Counted from the stretch's first letter, positions 29,533-38,994 are shown. The stretch is DNA of 64,000 nucleotides from Hydrogenobacter sp. (GCA_041287335.1 JBEULM010000047.1:23445-87444), one strand, 5' to 3'. Translations and numbers: made by a program. The notes: a model not told the origin generated them from the sequence alone.

Positions 29533-30018
29533 ATGAAAAAGCTCATCCTTTCAAGCCTACTTCTTAGCAGTTTTTCCTTAGCGGAGCAAAAATTTGCGTG
29601 CGTGGACCCAAACAGAATTCTCTCCGAGTCCAAGTCAGTCTCTCAAGCACAGGAACAGCTCAAAAAAAAGGTTCAGGACTATCAAAAACAGTTGGACGAA
29701 AAACAGAAAAAACTTGACGAACTGAAGAAACAGATAGAAAGCAAGGGCATCAGTCAAAAAGCAAAAGAAGAGAAGATAAAAGAGTATCAGAAAGTTGAAG
29801 CGGAAGGCATGGAACTCCAACAAAAAGCTCAGAAAGACATTATGGAGTTAAAAAGCAAATTAGAGGAAGACATACTCAACAAAGTCAGAGGTATAGCCGA
29901 GGGTATAGCTAAGAAAAACGGCTATACGGGAATATTGGATTGTAGTGCCTTTGTATATAAACAACCGGATATAGACATAACGGATGCTATAATAAAAAGC
30001 TTAGATCAAGGTAAATGA
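29533..30018 (+). CDS. skp: OmpH/Skp periplasmic chaperone
   Basis: Signal peptide, KFACVD, coiled coil, DITDAII; upstream of lpxD. Confidence 0.85.
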   Translation: MKKLILSSLLLSSFSLAEQKFACVDPNRILSESKSVSQAQEQLKKKVQDYQKQLDEKQKKLDELKKQIESKGISQKAKEEKIKEYQKVEAEGMELQQKAQKDIMELKSKLEEDILNKVRGIAEGIAKKNGYTGILDCSAFVYKQPDIDITDAIIKSLDQGK

Positions 30019-30989
30019 GGCTTATACATGTTGCACATTTAGTGGGTGGCAAGCTTTACGGTAGTGAAGACTTTGAAGTGATTGGCATATCTTCCCCGGA
30101 AGATCCAAAACCTCACACTATCGTATTTTGTCAAGAAAAAAGTGAAGTTGAAAAAGTAAAAAATTTTGAACTTGCCATAGTGGTAAAAGAACCTATAGAG
30201 CATTCCAATTATATTCTCGTTGAAGATGTGAAGCACGCTATGGCTCTATTTTTAAAAAGCTTCTATCCGGAGAGACACCCATCTGGCATTTCAGAAAGAG
30301 CATACATAGGCAAAGATGTTTTCGTTGGAGAGGAAGTATACATTGCTCCCTTTGCTTATGTGGGTGACGGTGTAGAGATCGGAAATAGGGTAAAGATATA
30401 TCCTTTTTCCTACATAGGCGATAATTGTGTGATAGGTGATGATACCATTATATTCAGCGGTGTGCATATATATCCGGGATGTATCATAGGCAAAAGGGTC
30501 AGAATCCACAGCGGAACGGTTATAGGTGCTGATGGTTTTGGCTATCATGTAGGCAGGGAGGGTATAACTAAACTCCATCACGTAGGTAAGGTAGTTGTGG
30601 AGGACGATGTGGAGATAGGTGCAAATACCACCATAGACAGAGCTTTAATAGACAGAACACTTATAGGCAAGGGTACAAAAATTGATAACCTTGTGATGAT
30701 AGGACACAACTGCAGGATCGGAGAGAACAATTTGATAGTTTCACAGGTAGGTTTATCTGGAAGTGTAAAGACAGGCAAGAATGTCATACTCGCAGGTCAG
30801 GTGGGTGTAGCTGATCATGTATGCATAGGTGATAATGTCAAGATAGCCGCAAAATCGGGTGTAGCGAACGATCTTGAACCTAACCGCACCTACGGTGCAA
30901 ACCTTCCAGCTATAGAATGGACAAGGTGGAAGAGAATATACTTATACCTTCTCAAGCTCCCGGAACTTTTTAAAAAAGGTCAGATCTAA
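30015..30989 (+). CDS. lpxD: UDP-3-O-acyl-glucosamine N-acyltransferase
   Basis: Hexapeptide repeats, GADGFG, IDRAL, KIDNLVMIGHNC. Confidence 0.95.
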   Translation: MRLIHVAHLVGGKLYGSEDFEVIGISSPEDPKPHTIVFCQEKSEVEKVKNFELAIVVKEPIEHSNYILVEDVKHAMALFLKSFYPERHPSGISERAYIGKDVFVGEEVYIAPFAYVGDGVEIGNRVKIYPFSYIGDNCVIGDDTIIFSGVHIYPGCIIGKRVRIHSGTVIGADGFGYHVGREGITKLHHVGKVVVEDDVEIGANTTIDRALIDRTLIGKGTKIDNLVMIGHNCRIGENNLIVSQVGLSGSVKTGKNVILAGQVGVADHVCIGDNVKIAAKSGVANDLEPNRTYGANLPAIEWTRWKRIYLYLLKLPELFKKGQI

Positions 30990-32080
30990 AGATATATTGA
31001 TAACTTGCTTCCGTAGTAGCGTCCGTTCAGAGTTGTATAGTTGAGTATCTTTTTGATATTTCTTATGCCTTTTAAGTCTTGAGGAGAGCTTAACCTTTTT
31101 CCCCTACGCCTTTTGATTATCTCCTTTGCAGTCTCTATGCCTATACCCGGTACTCTGATGAGAAGATTATAGTCCGCTGTATTTAGTTCAACGGGAAAAA
31201 GATCCGGATGCGCTTGAGCCCAAGCTTCCTTCGGGTCTTTATTGAGAGGTAAATTTCCTTTTACGAGTATACTCTTTATGTCCTCAAGATCAAAGCCGTA
31301 ATCCCTTATGAGAAAATCCAATTGATACAGCCTGTATTCTCGTAAAGGATTTTCTGGGGGTCTATTTTCCAAGGGAGTATCTTTTACCGGAAAGAAGGCG
31401 CTAAAATACACCCTACTGATTTTGTAACGTCTGTTTAGAAAGTGTATAGCACTTATTATCTCTTCGTCCGTTTCTCCATCTACACCTACCATCATTTGAG
31501 TTATCTGGCTTTTACCTTTATATTTTGGCAGTAGTTTGTCTACTGTTTCTATTTTGGGAAGTATATCTCTTAAAATACTTTTACCTTTGGCTATCTTTTT
31601 AAGTCTTTCCTCTTTACAAGTTTCCATATTTATGGAGACTCTGTTTGCAACCTTCAGAGCTTCTTCAACCGTCTGGATAGATACACCGGGCATAAGTTTT
31701 AGATGCACGTAACCATTAAAGGCATACTTGCCGCGTAGGATCTTCACTGTATCTATCATCTTTTCCATGATAAATTCAGGATGTCCAAAAATACCGGAAG
31801 AAAGGAAAAGACCTCTTACCATTCCGCTCCTGTACATATCCATAAAAGATTTTGCGAGTTTCTCAGACGGTATGTAAAGCCTCGGTGTGCTATCCCTATC
31901 CCTTCTAAAAACGCAGTAAGTACAGTTTCTGTCGCACATGGTTGTTTGCATAACTTTGAGTATAGGGACTTTCCCCTTAGGTGTAGAGGTCAAGTAAATA
32001 CAGCTCTCTAAATTTATTTCTCCATCCCTTTCAAAAGTGGTCAGTTTGGAAAGTATCCTGAACTTTTGCTTATCATCCAT
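30986..32080 (-). CDS. Radical SAM protein with C-terminal helix-hairpin-helix (putative DNA modification/repair family)
   Basis: CDRNCTYC, GLFLSSG, GYVHLK, EYRLYQLDFLIRDYGF, LIRVPGIG. Confidence 0.85.
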   Translation of the reverse strand: MDDKQKFRILSKLTTFERDGEINLESCIYLTSTPKGKVPILKVMQTTMCDRNCTYCVFRRDRDSTPRLYIPSEKLAKSFMDMYRSGMVRGLFLSSGIFGHPEFIMEKMIDTVKILRGKYAFNGYVHLKLMPGVSIQTVEEALKVANRVSINMETCKEERLKKIAKGKSILRDILPKIETVDKLLPKYKGKSQITQMMVGVDGETDEEIISAIHFLNRRYKISRVYFSAFFPVKDTPLENRPPENPLREYRLYQLDFLIRDYGFDLEDIKSILVKGNLPLNKDPKEAWAQAHPDLFPVELNTADYNLLIRVPGIGIETAKEIIKRRRGKRLSSPQDLKGIRNIKKILNYTTLNGRYYGSKLSIYL

Positions 32081-32113
32081 AAGTTTAATAAATATACAAC
32101 AATCACATGATTA

Positions 32114-32127
32114 TGAGGAATTCCTCA
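32114..32127. promoter_or_regulatory. Perfect 14-bp palindrome in divergent promoter region
   Basis: TGAGGAATTCCTCA between radical SAM gene and aconitase. Confidence 0.4.
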
Positions 32128-32183
32128 CTTGGCGTATAAAAAGTCTATAATATATATCATTACTTTTTGCACAGGAGGTTTTC

Positions 32184-34163
32184 ATGGCAAAAGGTACGGT
32201 AGCTTACAAGATATTGCAAAGTCATTTGGTAAGCGGAAAGCTAAATACAGGTGAGGAAATAGCTATAAAGATAGATCAAACGCTGACACAAGATGCGACA
32301 GGAACTATGGCTTACCTTCAATTTGAAGCCATGGGAGTGGATAGAGTAAAAACTGAGCTTTCTGTCAGTTACATAGATCACAATATGCTCCAGACTGATT
32401 TCAAAAATCCTGACGATCACAAGTATCTTATGAGCGTTGCTAAAAGATACGGTATATACCTCTCAAAACCGGGAAACGGTATATGTCATCAAGTGCATGT
32501 AGAAAGGTTTGCAAAGCCCGGGAAAACTTTGCTCGGATCTGATTCGCATACCCCAACTTCGGGTGGTGTAGGTATGCTCGCTATAGGTGCCGGTGGTCTT
32601 GATGTTGCTGCTGCTATGGCGGGTGAACCTTTCTATTTGAAAATGCCAAAAATTATAGGGATCAAACTGACCGGGAAGTTACCCCCTTGGGTTACAGCAA
32701 AAGACATAATCCTTGAGCTTTTAAGAAGACTCACAGTAAAAGGAGGCGTCGGTAAAATTTTTGAGTACTTTGGAGATGGAATAAGGGAGCTTTCCGTTCC
32801 TGAAAGATCAACCATAACCAACATGGGCGCAGAGCTTGGAGCTACAACATCCATTTTCCCTTCCGACGAGATAACAAGAGCTTATCTGAAAGCTCAAGGC
32901 AGAGAGGAAGACTGGATAGAGCTTTTGCCAGATCATGATGCCGAGTATGACGAAGTTATAGAGATAAACCTTTCAGAACTTGAACCTCTTATAGCTTGCC
33001 CACACTCCCCTGACAACGTAGTACCTGTAAGTGAGGTGGAAGGTATAAAGGTTGATCAGGTAGTTATAGGTTCATGTACAAATTCTTCTTTTGTGGATCT
33101 TACCCGTGCTGGGAAGATGTTGGAAGGTAGAAAAATACACCCGGATGTGATATTCGCAGTTGCACCAGGTTCAAAACAAGCTCTTGAACTTATCACTCAA
33201 AATGGTATGCTCCTTAACTTTCTAAAAGCGGGAGCCAGGATACTGGAGAGTGCTTGTGGTCCATGTATAGGTATGGGATACGCTCCACCGAGCGGAGGAG
33301 TATCTTTGAGAAGCTTCAATAGAAATTTTGAAGGAAGAGCAGGTACAAAGGATGCAAAGGTTTATCTGGCATCTCCCGAAGTTTGCGTGGCTTCTGCCAT
33401 TGTCGGTGAGATCGTAGACCCCAGGAGGCTTGCACAAAAGGAAGGTATAAAATGGATAAAGGTAGAGATGCCCGAAAAGTTTCCGTATGGCGATGAAGCC
33501 ATTATAGAGCCTCTTCCTGAGGAAGAAGCTAAAAAGGTAGAAATATACAGAGGACCCAACATAACACCTCTGCCTGAGTTTGACGAACTCCCGCAATATA
33601 TAGAGGGAGAAGTTTCCCTTATAGTAGGTGACAACATTACTACAGACCACATAATGCCCGCAGGTGCGAAAATTTTACCTCTGAGGTCAAACATATACGC
33701 CATAAGCGAGTATGTTTATCACTACGTAGATCCGGAGTTTGTAAGTAGGGCTAAAGGGATCAGGGACGAAAAGAAAAAGTGGAGCATCATAATAGGTGGG
33801 GAAAATTACGGGCAGGGTTCTTCAAGAGAACACGCTGCGCTCGCTCCGAGATTCTTGGGTGTAAGAGTCGTCATAGCCAAATCCTTTGCACGCATACACC
33901 ACGCAAACCTTGTCAACTTTGGCATACTACCTCTTGAGTTTACGGATAAAGAAGATTACGCTAAGTTTTCGGTGGGTGATGAGGTTTACCTGCCAGAACT
34001 TATAGAGAGACTTCAAACAGGCAAGGAGATAGTTGTAATAAATAAAACTACACAGGAAGAGATAGTATGCAGGTACAATCTAACGCCCAAGCAGATATCC
34101 GTCCTGTTAGCGGGAGGGCTTCTAAGATGGATAAAAAACAAACAAGAAGTCGGTGTAAATTGA
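32184..34163 (+). CDS. acn: Aconitate hydratase (Aquifex-type)
   Basis: TQDATGT, DSHT, IGSCTN, CGPCIG, NRNFEGR, TTDHIMP, GSSREHAA. Confidence 0.93.
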   Translation: MAKGTVAYKILQSHLVSGKLNTGEEIAIKIDQTLTQDATGTMAYLQFEAMGVDRVKTELSVSYIDHNMLQTDFKNPDDHKYLMSVAKRYGIYLSKPGNGICHQVHVERFAKPGKTLLGSDSHTPTSGGVGMLAIGAGGLDVAAAMAGEPFYLKMPKIIGIKLTGKLPPWVTAKDIILELLRRLTVKGGVGKIFEYFGDGIRELSVPERSTITNMGAELGATTSIFPSDEITRAYLKAQGREEDWIELLPDHDAEYDEVIEINLSELEPLIACPHSPDNVVPVSEVEGIKVDQVVIGSCTNSSFVDLTRAGKMLEGRKIHPDVIFAVAPGSKQALELITQNGMLLNFLKAGARILESACGPCIGMGYAPPSGGVSLRSFNRNFEGRAGTKDAKVYLASPEVCVASAIVGEIVDPRRLAQKEGIKWIKVEMPEKFPYGDEAIIEPLPEEEAKKVEIYRGPNITPLPEFDELPQYIEGEVSLIVGDNITTDHIMPAGAKILPLRSNIYAISEYVYHYVDPEFVSRAKGIRDEKKKWSIIIGGENYGQGSSREHAALAPRFLGVRVVIAKSFARIHHANLVNFGILPLEFTDKEDYAKFSVGDEVYLPELIERLQTGKEIVVINKTTQEEIVCRYNLTPKQISVLLAGGLLRWIKNKQEVGVN

Positions 34164-34184
34164 CGTGATAGGAGGGTAGCAATT

Positions 34185-35192
34185 ATGAAGATGAGGAAAG
34201 TTGTATCGGTGATAGGTGCCGGTAATGTAGGTGAACATGTGGCGAGTCTTTTGGCTTTGAGGGGTCTTGTAGATGTGAGGATGTTTGACATTCCCAGAAA
34301 GGACGGAGAGAAGGTTATAGAACCAGTTAAAGGGAAAGCTCTTGACATAAAGCAGATGCTCGCAGCCATAGATATTGACGCGAAGGTGGATGGCTATACG
34401 ATAAGCCCGGAAGGTAACGGCTATGAGGCATTAGAAGGAAGCGATATAATAGTAATAACTGCAGGTTTTCCAAGAAGACCCGGCATGTCAAGAGAGGATC
34501 TCCTTGAAAAAAACCTCTCCATACTCTCTGTTATATCAGAAAGGATAAAACAGTATGCCAAAGATTCCATAGTTATAGTGGTGACTAATCCCGTTGACCT
34601 GATGACTTATGCAGTATATAAGATGCTTGGATTTGGCAAAAGGAAAGTTATGGGAATGGCAGGTGTCCTTGATTCTGCGAGGTTTAAAACCTTCATATCA
34701 CAGGAAGTAAAAGTTTCCCCAAAGGATATACACGCTTACGTCATAGGTGGTCACGGAGACGAGATGGTACCGCTCATATCCATATCCAACGTGGGAGGTA
34801 TACCTTTAAAAGATATGCTACCCAGAGAGAGGCTTAGCGAACTTATAAAGAGAACACAATTTGGAGGAGGTGAGATAGTTGACCTCATGGGAACTTCAGC
34901 CTATTACGCACCTGCTGCATCCATAGTAGAAATGGTGGAAGCGATCGTGACGGATAACAAGAGAATACTTCCATGCTCCGTTTACCTTGAGGGTGAGGAA
35001 GGAAAGTACTACGAAGCTGAGGATATATGCGTAGGAGTACCTGTAAAACTTGGAAACTGTGGTGTGGAAGAAGTTATAAATATACCCATGATACCAGAAG
35101 AGAGGGAAATGTGGAGGAGATCCGTAGCATCCGTGAAGAAAAATCTCAAAGTAGTGGAGGAAATGCTTCATGCGCGAAGTGTATTACGGTGA
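34185..35192 (+). CDS. mdh: Malate dehydrogenase (LDH-like)
   Basis: GAGNVG, TAGFPRRPGMSREDL, NPVD, LDSARF, GGHGD. Confidence 0.94.
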   Translation: MKMRKVVSVIGAGNVGEHVASLLALRGLVDVRMFDIPRKDGEKVIEPVKGKALDIKQMLAAIDIDAKVDGYTISPEGNGYEALEGSDIIVITAGFPRRPGMSREDLLEKNLSILSVISERIKQYAKDSIVIVVTNPVDLMTYAVYKMLGFGKRKVMGMAGVLDSARFKTFISQEVKVSPKDIHAYVIGGHGDEMVPLISISNVGGIPLKDMLPRERLSELIKRTQFGGGEIVDLMGTSAYYAPAASIVEMVEAIVTDNKRILPCSVYLEGEEGKYYEAEDICVGVPVKLGNCGVEEVINIPMIPEEREMWRRSVASVKKNLKVVEEMLHARSVLR

Positions 35193-36015
35193 TATAGTCA
35201 GAGCTGTAAAGGAAGCAGCCATAAAAGCCAACTACGAGCTTCCAGAGGACGTAGTTCACGCCTTTGAATCGGCACTTGAGAAGGAAAGATCTCAAATAGG
35301 GAAAGAAGTTATCAGGCAGATACTTACAAATGCTCAAGCTTCAAAAGAGGAACAGATGGCATACTGTCAGGATACTGGCGTGGCTGTAGTTTTTGTGGAG
35401 ATAGGGCAGGATGTCCATATAACAGGTGGATCCCTTGTTGATGCTATAAATGAAGGTGTCAGGCAAGCTTATACAGATGGATATCTGAGAGCATCTATGG
35501 TATATGACCCTGTGTTTGAAAGAAAGAACACGAAAGACAACACGCCTGCGGTGATACACACATTCTTAGTTTCTGGAGATAGAGTTAAGATCACCTTTGC
35601 ACCCAAGGGAGCAGGCTCAGAAAACACATCACGCCTTGCCATGCTCAAACCTGCGGATGGCTGGGAAGGTGTGAAGAAGTTTATACTTGAGACGGTAAAG
35701 CTCGCAGGACCAAACGCATGCCCACCACTTACCGTAGGGGTAGGTATAGGTGGAAATTTTGAGTACTGCGCACTGCTTTCAAAGAAAGCCCTTTTAAGAA
35801 AAACAGGAGAGAGAAGCCAAAATCCCATTGCGAGGAGAATGGAGGAGGAACTCATAGAGGATATAAACAAGCTGGGACTTGGACCTATGGGTTTTGGCGG
35901 TACGGTAACAGCTGTGGATGTGAGGGTAGAACTTTATCCCTGTCACATAGCCTCACTACCTGTAGCTGTCAATATTCAGTGTCATGCAGCAAGGCATGCA
36001 GAAATAGAGTTATGA
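35170..36015 (+). CDS. fumA: Fumarate hydratase class I, alpha subunit
   Basis: CQDTG, PKGAGSEN, ACPP, HIASLPV, CHAARH. Confidence 0.9.
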   Translation: MREVYYGDIVRAVKEAAIKANYELPEDVVHAFESALEKERSQIGKEVIRQILTNAQASKEEQMAYCQDTGVAVVFVEIGQDVHITGGSLVDAINEGVRQAYTDGYLRASMVYDPVFERKNTKDNTPAVIHTFLVSGDRVKITFAPKGAGSENTSRLAMLKPADGWEGVKKFILETVKLAGPNACPPLTVGVGIGGNFEYCALLSKKALLRKTGERSQNPIARRMEEELIEDINKLGLGPMGFGGTVTAVDVRVELYPCHIASLPVAVNIQCHAARHAEIEL

Positions 36016-36107
36016 AGTACATACTTTTTTTAGCCATAGTAGGTTTTATAACCATGCTATTTCTTTCTGGCTTTGCCTTGAGAATTTTCAGAAAGATAAA
36101 ACTCTGA
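36012..36107 (+). CDS. 31-aa single-pass membrane peptide, absent from ORF track
   Basis: MKYILFLAIVGFITMLFLSGFALRIFRKIKL*; ATGA overlap with fumA stop; fills the gap. Confidence 0.65.
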   Translation: MKYILFLAIVGFITMLFLSGFALRIFRKIKL

Positions 36108-36112
36108 ACTTT

Positions 36113-36508
36113 ATGAATAAGGTATTTCTTGCCCTTTACGCAGGTTCCCTCTTCATGTTAGTTTTCGTGGTTGCTCCCGTGCTTTTAAGGGAGAAGGATA
36201 GCAAAAACATCGCCGGAAGATTTTACGGAAGAATACTTTGGCGTTTTTATCCCCTTGCTTTTTTATTACTCCTGTCTTATCTTATTTTTGATGCTAAAAG
36301 GGTTCAAGCTTTATTTCTCATGAGCGGGTTGGGGGTGAACGTTACCGTATCATACTATCTAAAGAAAGTAAAAAAGTCCTTAGGTAATATAGATGCGTTG
36401 CCTTTTGACCACCAGCGCAGGAGCTTTTTCAGGAAGCTCTCCATTTTTTCAACCCTAATACTCTTTATTAACTTTCTTTTAGCCATTTATATGTTTGTGA
36501 GGTCATGA
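36113..36508 (+). CDS. Membrane protein, DUF4149-like
   Basis: Four hydrophobic helices, FVVAPVL...AGRFYG, FRKLS. Confidence 0.7.
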   Translation: MNKVFLALYAGSLFMLVFVVAPVLLREKDSKNIAGRFYGRILWRFYPLAFLLLLSYLIFDAKRVQALFLMSGLGVNVTVSYYLKKVKKSLGNIDALPFDHQRRSFFRKLSIFSTLILFINFLLAIYMFVRS

Positions 36509-36533
36509 TTTACTTAAAAAAACGGAGGTGATG

Positions 36534-37049
36534 ATGCAGGACCACAGAATAAACAGGCAGATAAGAGCAAGGGAAGTTAGGCTCATTGACGAAACCGGCA
36601 AACAAATAGGAATAGTGCCTCTTGAAGAGGCTCTTAAGATGGCTGAAGAGAAGGGGCTTGATCTGGTTGAGATAGCTCCACAAGCAAAACCTCCCGTATG
36701 TAAAATACTTGATTACGGGAAGTTCATATACGAGCAGAAAAAGAAGGAAAAAGTTGCCAAAAAAAAGCAGAAGGAACACGCTATTGAAGTAAAAGACATA
36801 CAGCTTTCCACACGGATAGATGAACACGATCTCAAAGTGAAACTAAAGCATATGAGGGAGTTTCTGGAAGAAGGTGACAAGGTGAGAGTTAGGATAAGGT
36901 TCAGGGGAAGGGAACACATACACCCTGAACTCGGAGACAAATTGGTGAGAAGGATACTGGAAGATCTCTCAGACATAGGTCAGATAGAGACAGAACCTAA
37001 GAAAGAAGGGGCATTTTTGATGTTTTCACTGCTTCCAAAAAAGAGATAA
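36534..37049 (+). CDS. infC: Translation initiation factor IF-3
   Basis: INRQIRAREVRLID, PPVCKILDYGK, KVRVRIRFRGRE; GGAGG SD then ATG 36531 or 36534. Confidence 0.96.
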   Translation: MQDHRINRQIRAREVRLIDETGKQIGIVPLEEALKMAEEKGLDLVEIAPQAKPPVCKILDYGKFIYEQKKKEKVAKKKQKEHAIEVKDIQLSTRIDEHDLKVKLKHMREFLEEGDKVRVRIRFRGREHIHPELGDKLVRRILEDLSDIGQIETEPKKEGAFLMFSLLPKKR

Positions 37050-37052
37050 AAC

Positions 37053-37922
37053 TCAAAATATGTAGCCAAAGCCTGCATAAACCCCATCCTTAAAATCCGA
37101 AGGTAAGGTTGAAGACCTTCCCCTGTTTAAGTTGTTATATCCATAAGTGTACACATGAAAGTCTAAATTTTTTGTAAAGTAATACTTCATACCTATGGAT
37201 ATGTCAAATTCTCTTTTAGTCCCCGCTAAACCATCGTGTGATGTAAAGAATTTATTACCATACTTTCTCTGAAAATAAAAATCCATATTAACACATAAGG
37301 AAAATTTAGGATTAGAAATATCTCCTATCAAAAATACCTCATCTTTCGTGCCTATACTCAAAAGCGGAGCATAAGGTATCAAATTTGGTGCAATTCTATT
37401 ACCATAGAAATAAACTTTTGAGTAGAGGGAGGCAGAGATCTTCTTGTAAGAATAAGCGGTTTTTAGTAAAATTCCGAAATTATAATTGTCGTTTGAGGGG
37501 ATTTCACTTTCTTCATCTGCGTATTGAACTACCTGACTTGATGTAATTTGTGGTTTAAAGGGTTTAAGGCTCTGATAGTCTTCCGCAAAAGCTCCTATAT
37601 TGATCCTTGAATTACTGTCTTTGTATATAGCATAAGAAATATCGGTATACATATCAAGCTCAAGGGGTCTATTTTTTAAAGTACCTGCTCCGGTAATAGC
37701 AGATCCATAATACGCTACCGCTTGAAAACTCCCAAACCACTTATCGTAAGATAGGTTAAGTTTATAGTCTAAGCTTAAGTTTGGTTTAAGTGTGACACTC
37801 CTTATACCGGCTAATCTTCCAGAAAAAGAATTTACATCTATCTGATTTTTAATCTCCAAAGCGTAAATAGTTGGTGCAATAAAGAGCATACATGGGATCA
37901 CAATGGTCAACCTTTTTAGCAT
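37053..37922 (-). CDS. Hypothetical outer-membrane beta-barrel protein, 289 aa
   Basis: Signal peptide MLKRLTIVIPCMLFIAPTIYA, alternating aromatic strands, C-terminal GVYAGFGYIF; TATAAT 7 nt before ATG 37922. Confidence 0.7.
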   Translation of the reverse strand: MLKRLTIVIPCMLFIAPTIYALEIKNQIDVNSFSGRLAGIRSVTLKPNLSLDYKLNLSYDKWFGSFQAVAYYGSAITGAGTLKNRPLELDMYTDISYAIYKDSNSRINIGAFAEDYQSLKPFKPQITSSQVVQYADEESEIPSNDNYNFGILLKTAYSYKKISASLYSKVYFYGNRIAPNLIPYAPLLSIGTKDEVFLIGDISNPKFSLCVNMDFYFQRKYGNKFFTSHDGLAGTKREFDISIGMKYYFTKNLDFHVYTYGYNNLNRGRSSTLPSDFKDGVYAGFGYIF

Positions 37923-38008
37923 CGCAATGATTATATCACGTAAAGAAATCTTTGCGCAAAGTTTTGAGCTTGGAGCATCGGGAATAACTCTTTTTTTATG
38001 ACGGAGAC

Positions 38009-38035
38009 ATAAATACATGTTATAATTTGTCAAAT
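38009..38035 (+). repeat. Left copy of long target-site duplication
   Basis: ATAAATACATGTTATAATTTGTCAAAT; 26/27 identical to 38995-39021. Confidence 0.9.
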
Positions 38036-38994
38036 ACGTTGAGTGAGAAATAGGTTCATTGGAATACCTCCTTTCTGAAGAAGCTATACCAGATGGCATA
38101 AGCATATAGGTAAGTAAGCAAACATATCCAGTGCCTCCACCTGCTTGAATAGTTAAAGAGCTTGAGCATGGAAAATACACCCTCCACCTTCTGCCTTTGC
38201 GATTTATCCTCCTTACTGCTACAAACCTTCACAAGCTCACATCCCCTGTAGCCTCTATCACCTATAAGCTCAAACCTCTCAAGCAAACTCCTAAGCCATA
38301 AACTCTTTGAAAACCTCAACCTCAAAGACCTCACCTCATGATAGCTTGCAGGATTAAACCAAAGGTCATAAGGAGCTCCATCTGTATCACACACCACCAT
38401 CACAAGCACTCCATAGTAAAGTTCCTTAAACTTGACCCTTTGTTTGTAATGCTGACTATAAAGGTTTCTATTCCTTACACCCCAAAATTGCTTGCCTGAC
38501 ATACGCCTTATCTTCTGTGTCCTTGCTCTATTTACATTGGCTACAGGTAAAAGTGTTCCATCTACCACAAGCCTTATCTTTTTACCGCTTGCCAGCTTCA
38601 AAAGTATGAGCAAGCTTACTCTATAGAGCATATACTCTCTCAAAAGCCTATAGACCCTTTTGACCCTTGATTTTCTGAAGATGTGATAGGACATTAGCTT
38701 GTCATCAATAATAAATCTTGCGAGTTTAAGGACAGGCATTCCCGTGAGTAAGGAGAGTATCAAAAGGGAAGCTATTTGCTCATCGGATAACTTAGGCTTT
38801 CTGCCTGCTTTTTGTGTATAGCCCATAGTTTTTGAGAAGGTTTGCATGGTGTTTAGGATTTTGTGATATACTTGGAGTAGAAGCATTTTTATACCTCCTT
38901 GTGAGGTATTGGGTAGGGTAGTATAAAGCCACTGCCCTACCCGCTTCTTATTTTAGCACCAGACTTTGACAAAATAGAATTTCTCACTCAACGT
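38036..38994 (-). mobile_element. IS982-like insertion sequence, about 959 bp
   Basis: Perfect terminal inverted repeats ACGTTGAGTGAGAAAT (38036-38051 and 38979-38994, extendable to 18 bp), single DDE transposase, flanking direct repeats. Confidence 0.88.
38056..38886 (-). CDS. DDE transposase, IS982/IS4-superfamily-like
   Basis: VDGTLLP, YYG...GDRGY, RQKVEGVFSMLK; AAGGAGGT SD. Confidence 0.9.
   Translation of the reverse strand: MLLLQVYHKILNTMQTFSKTMGYTQKAGRKPKLSDEQIASLLILSLLTGMPVLKLARFIIDDKLMSYHIFRKSRVKRVYRLLREYMLYRVSLLILLKLASGKKIRLVVDGTLLPVANVNRARTQKIRRMSGKQFWGVRNRNLYSQHYKQRVKFKELYYGVLVMVVCDTDGAPYDLWFNPASYHEVRSLRLRFSKSLWLRSLLERFELIGDRGYRGCELVKVCSSKEDKSQRQKVEGVFSMLKLFNYSSRWRHWICLLTYLYAYAIWYSFFRKEVFQ

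Noticed and set aside
37923-38180. 86-aa N-terminal extension of the OMP ORF
   Set aside because: It runs through the IS end and target repeat; the signal peptide and -10 box mark ATG 37922
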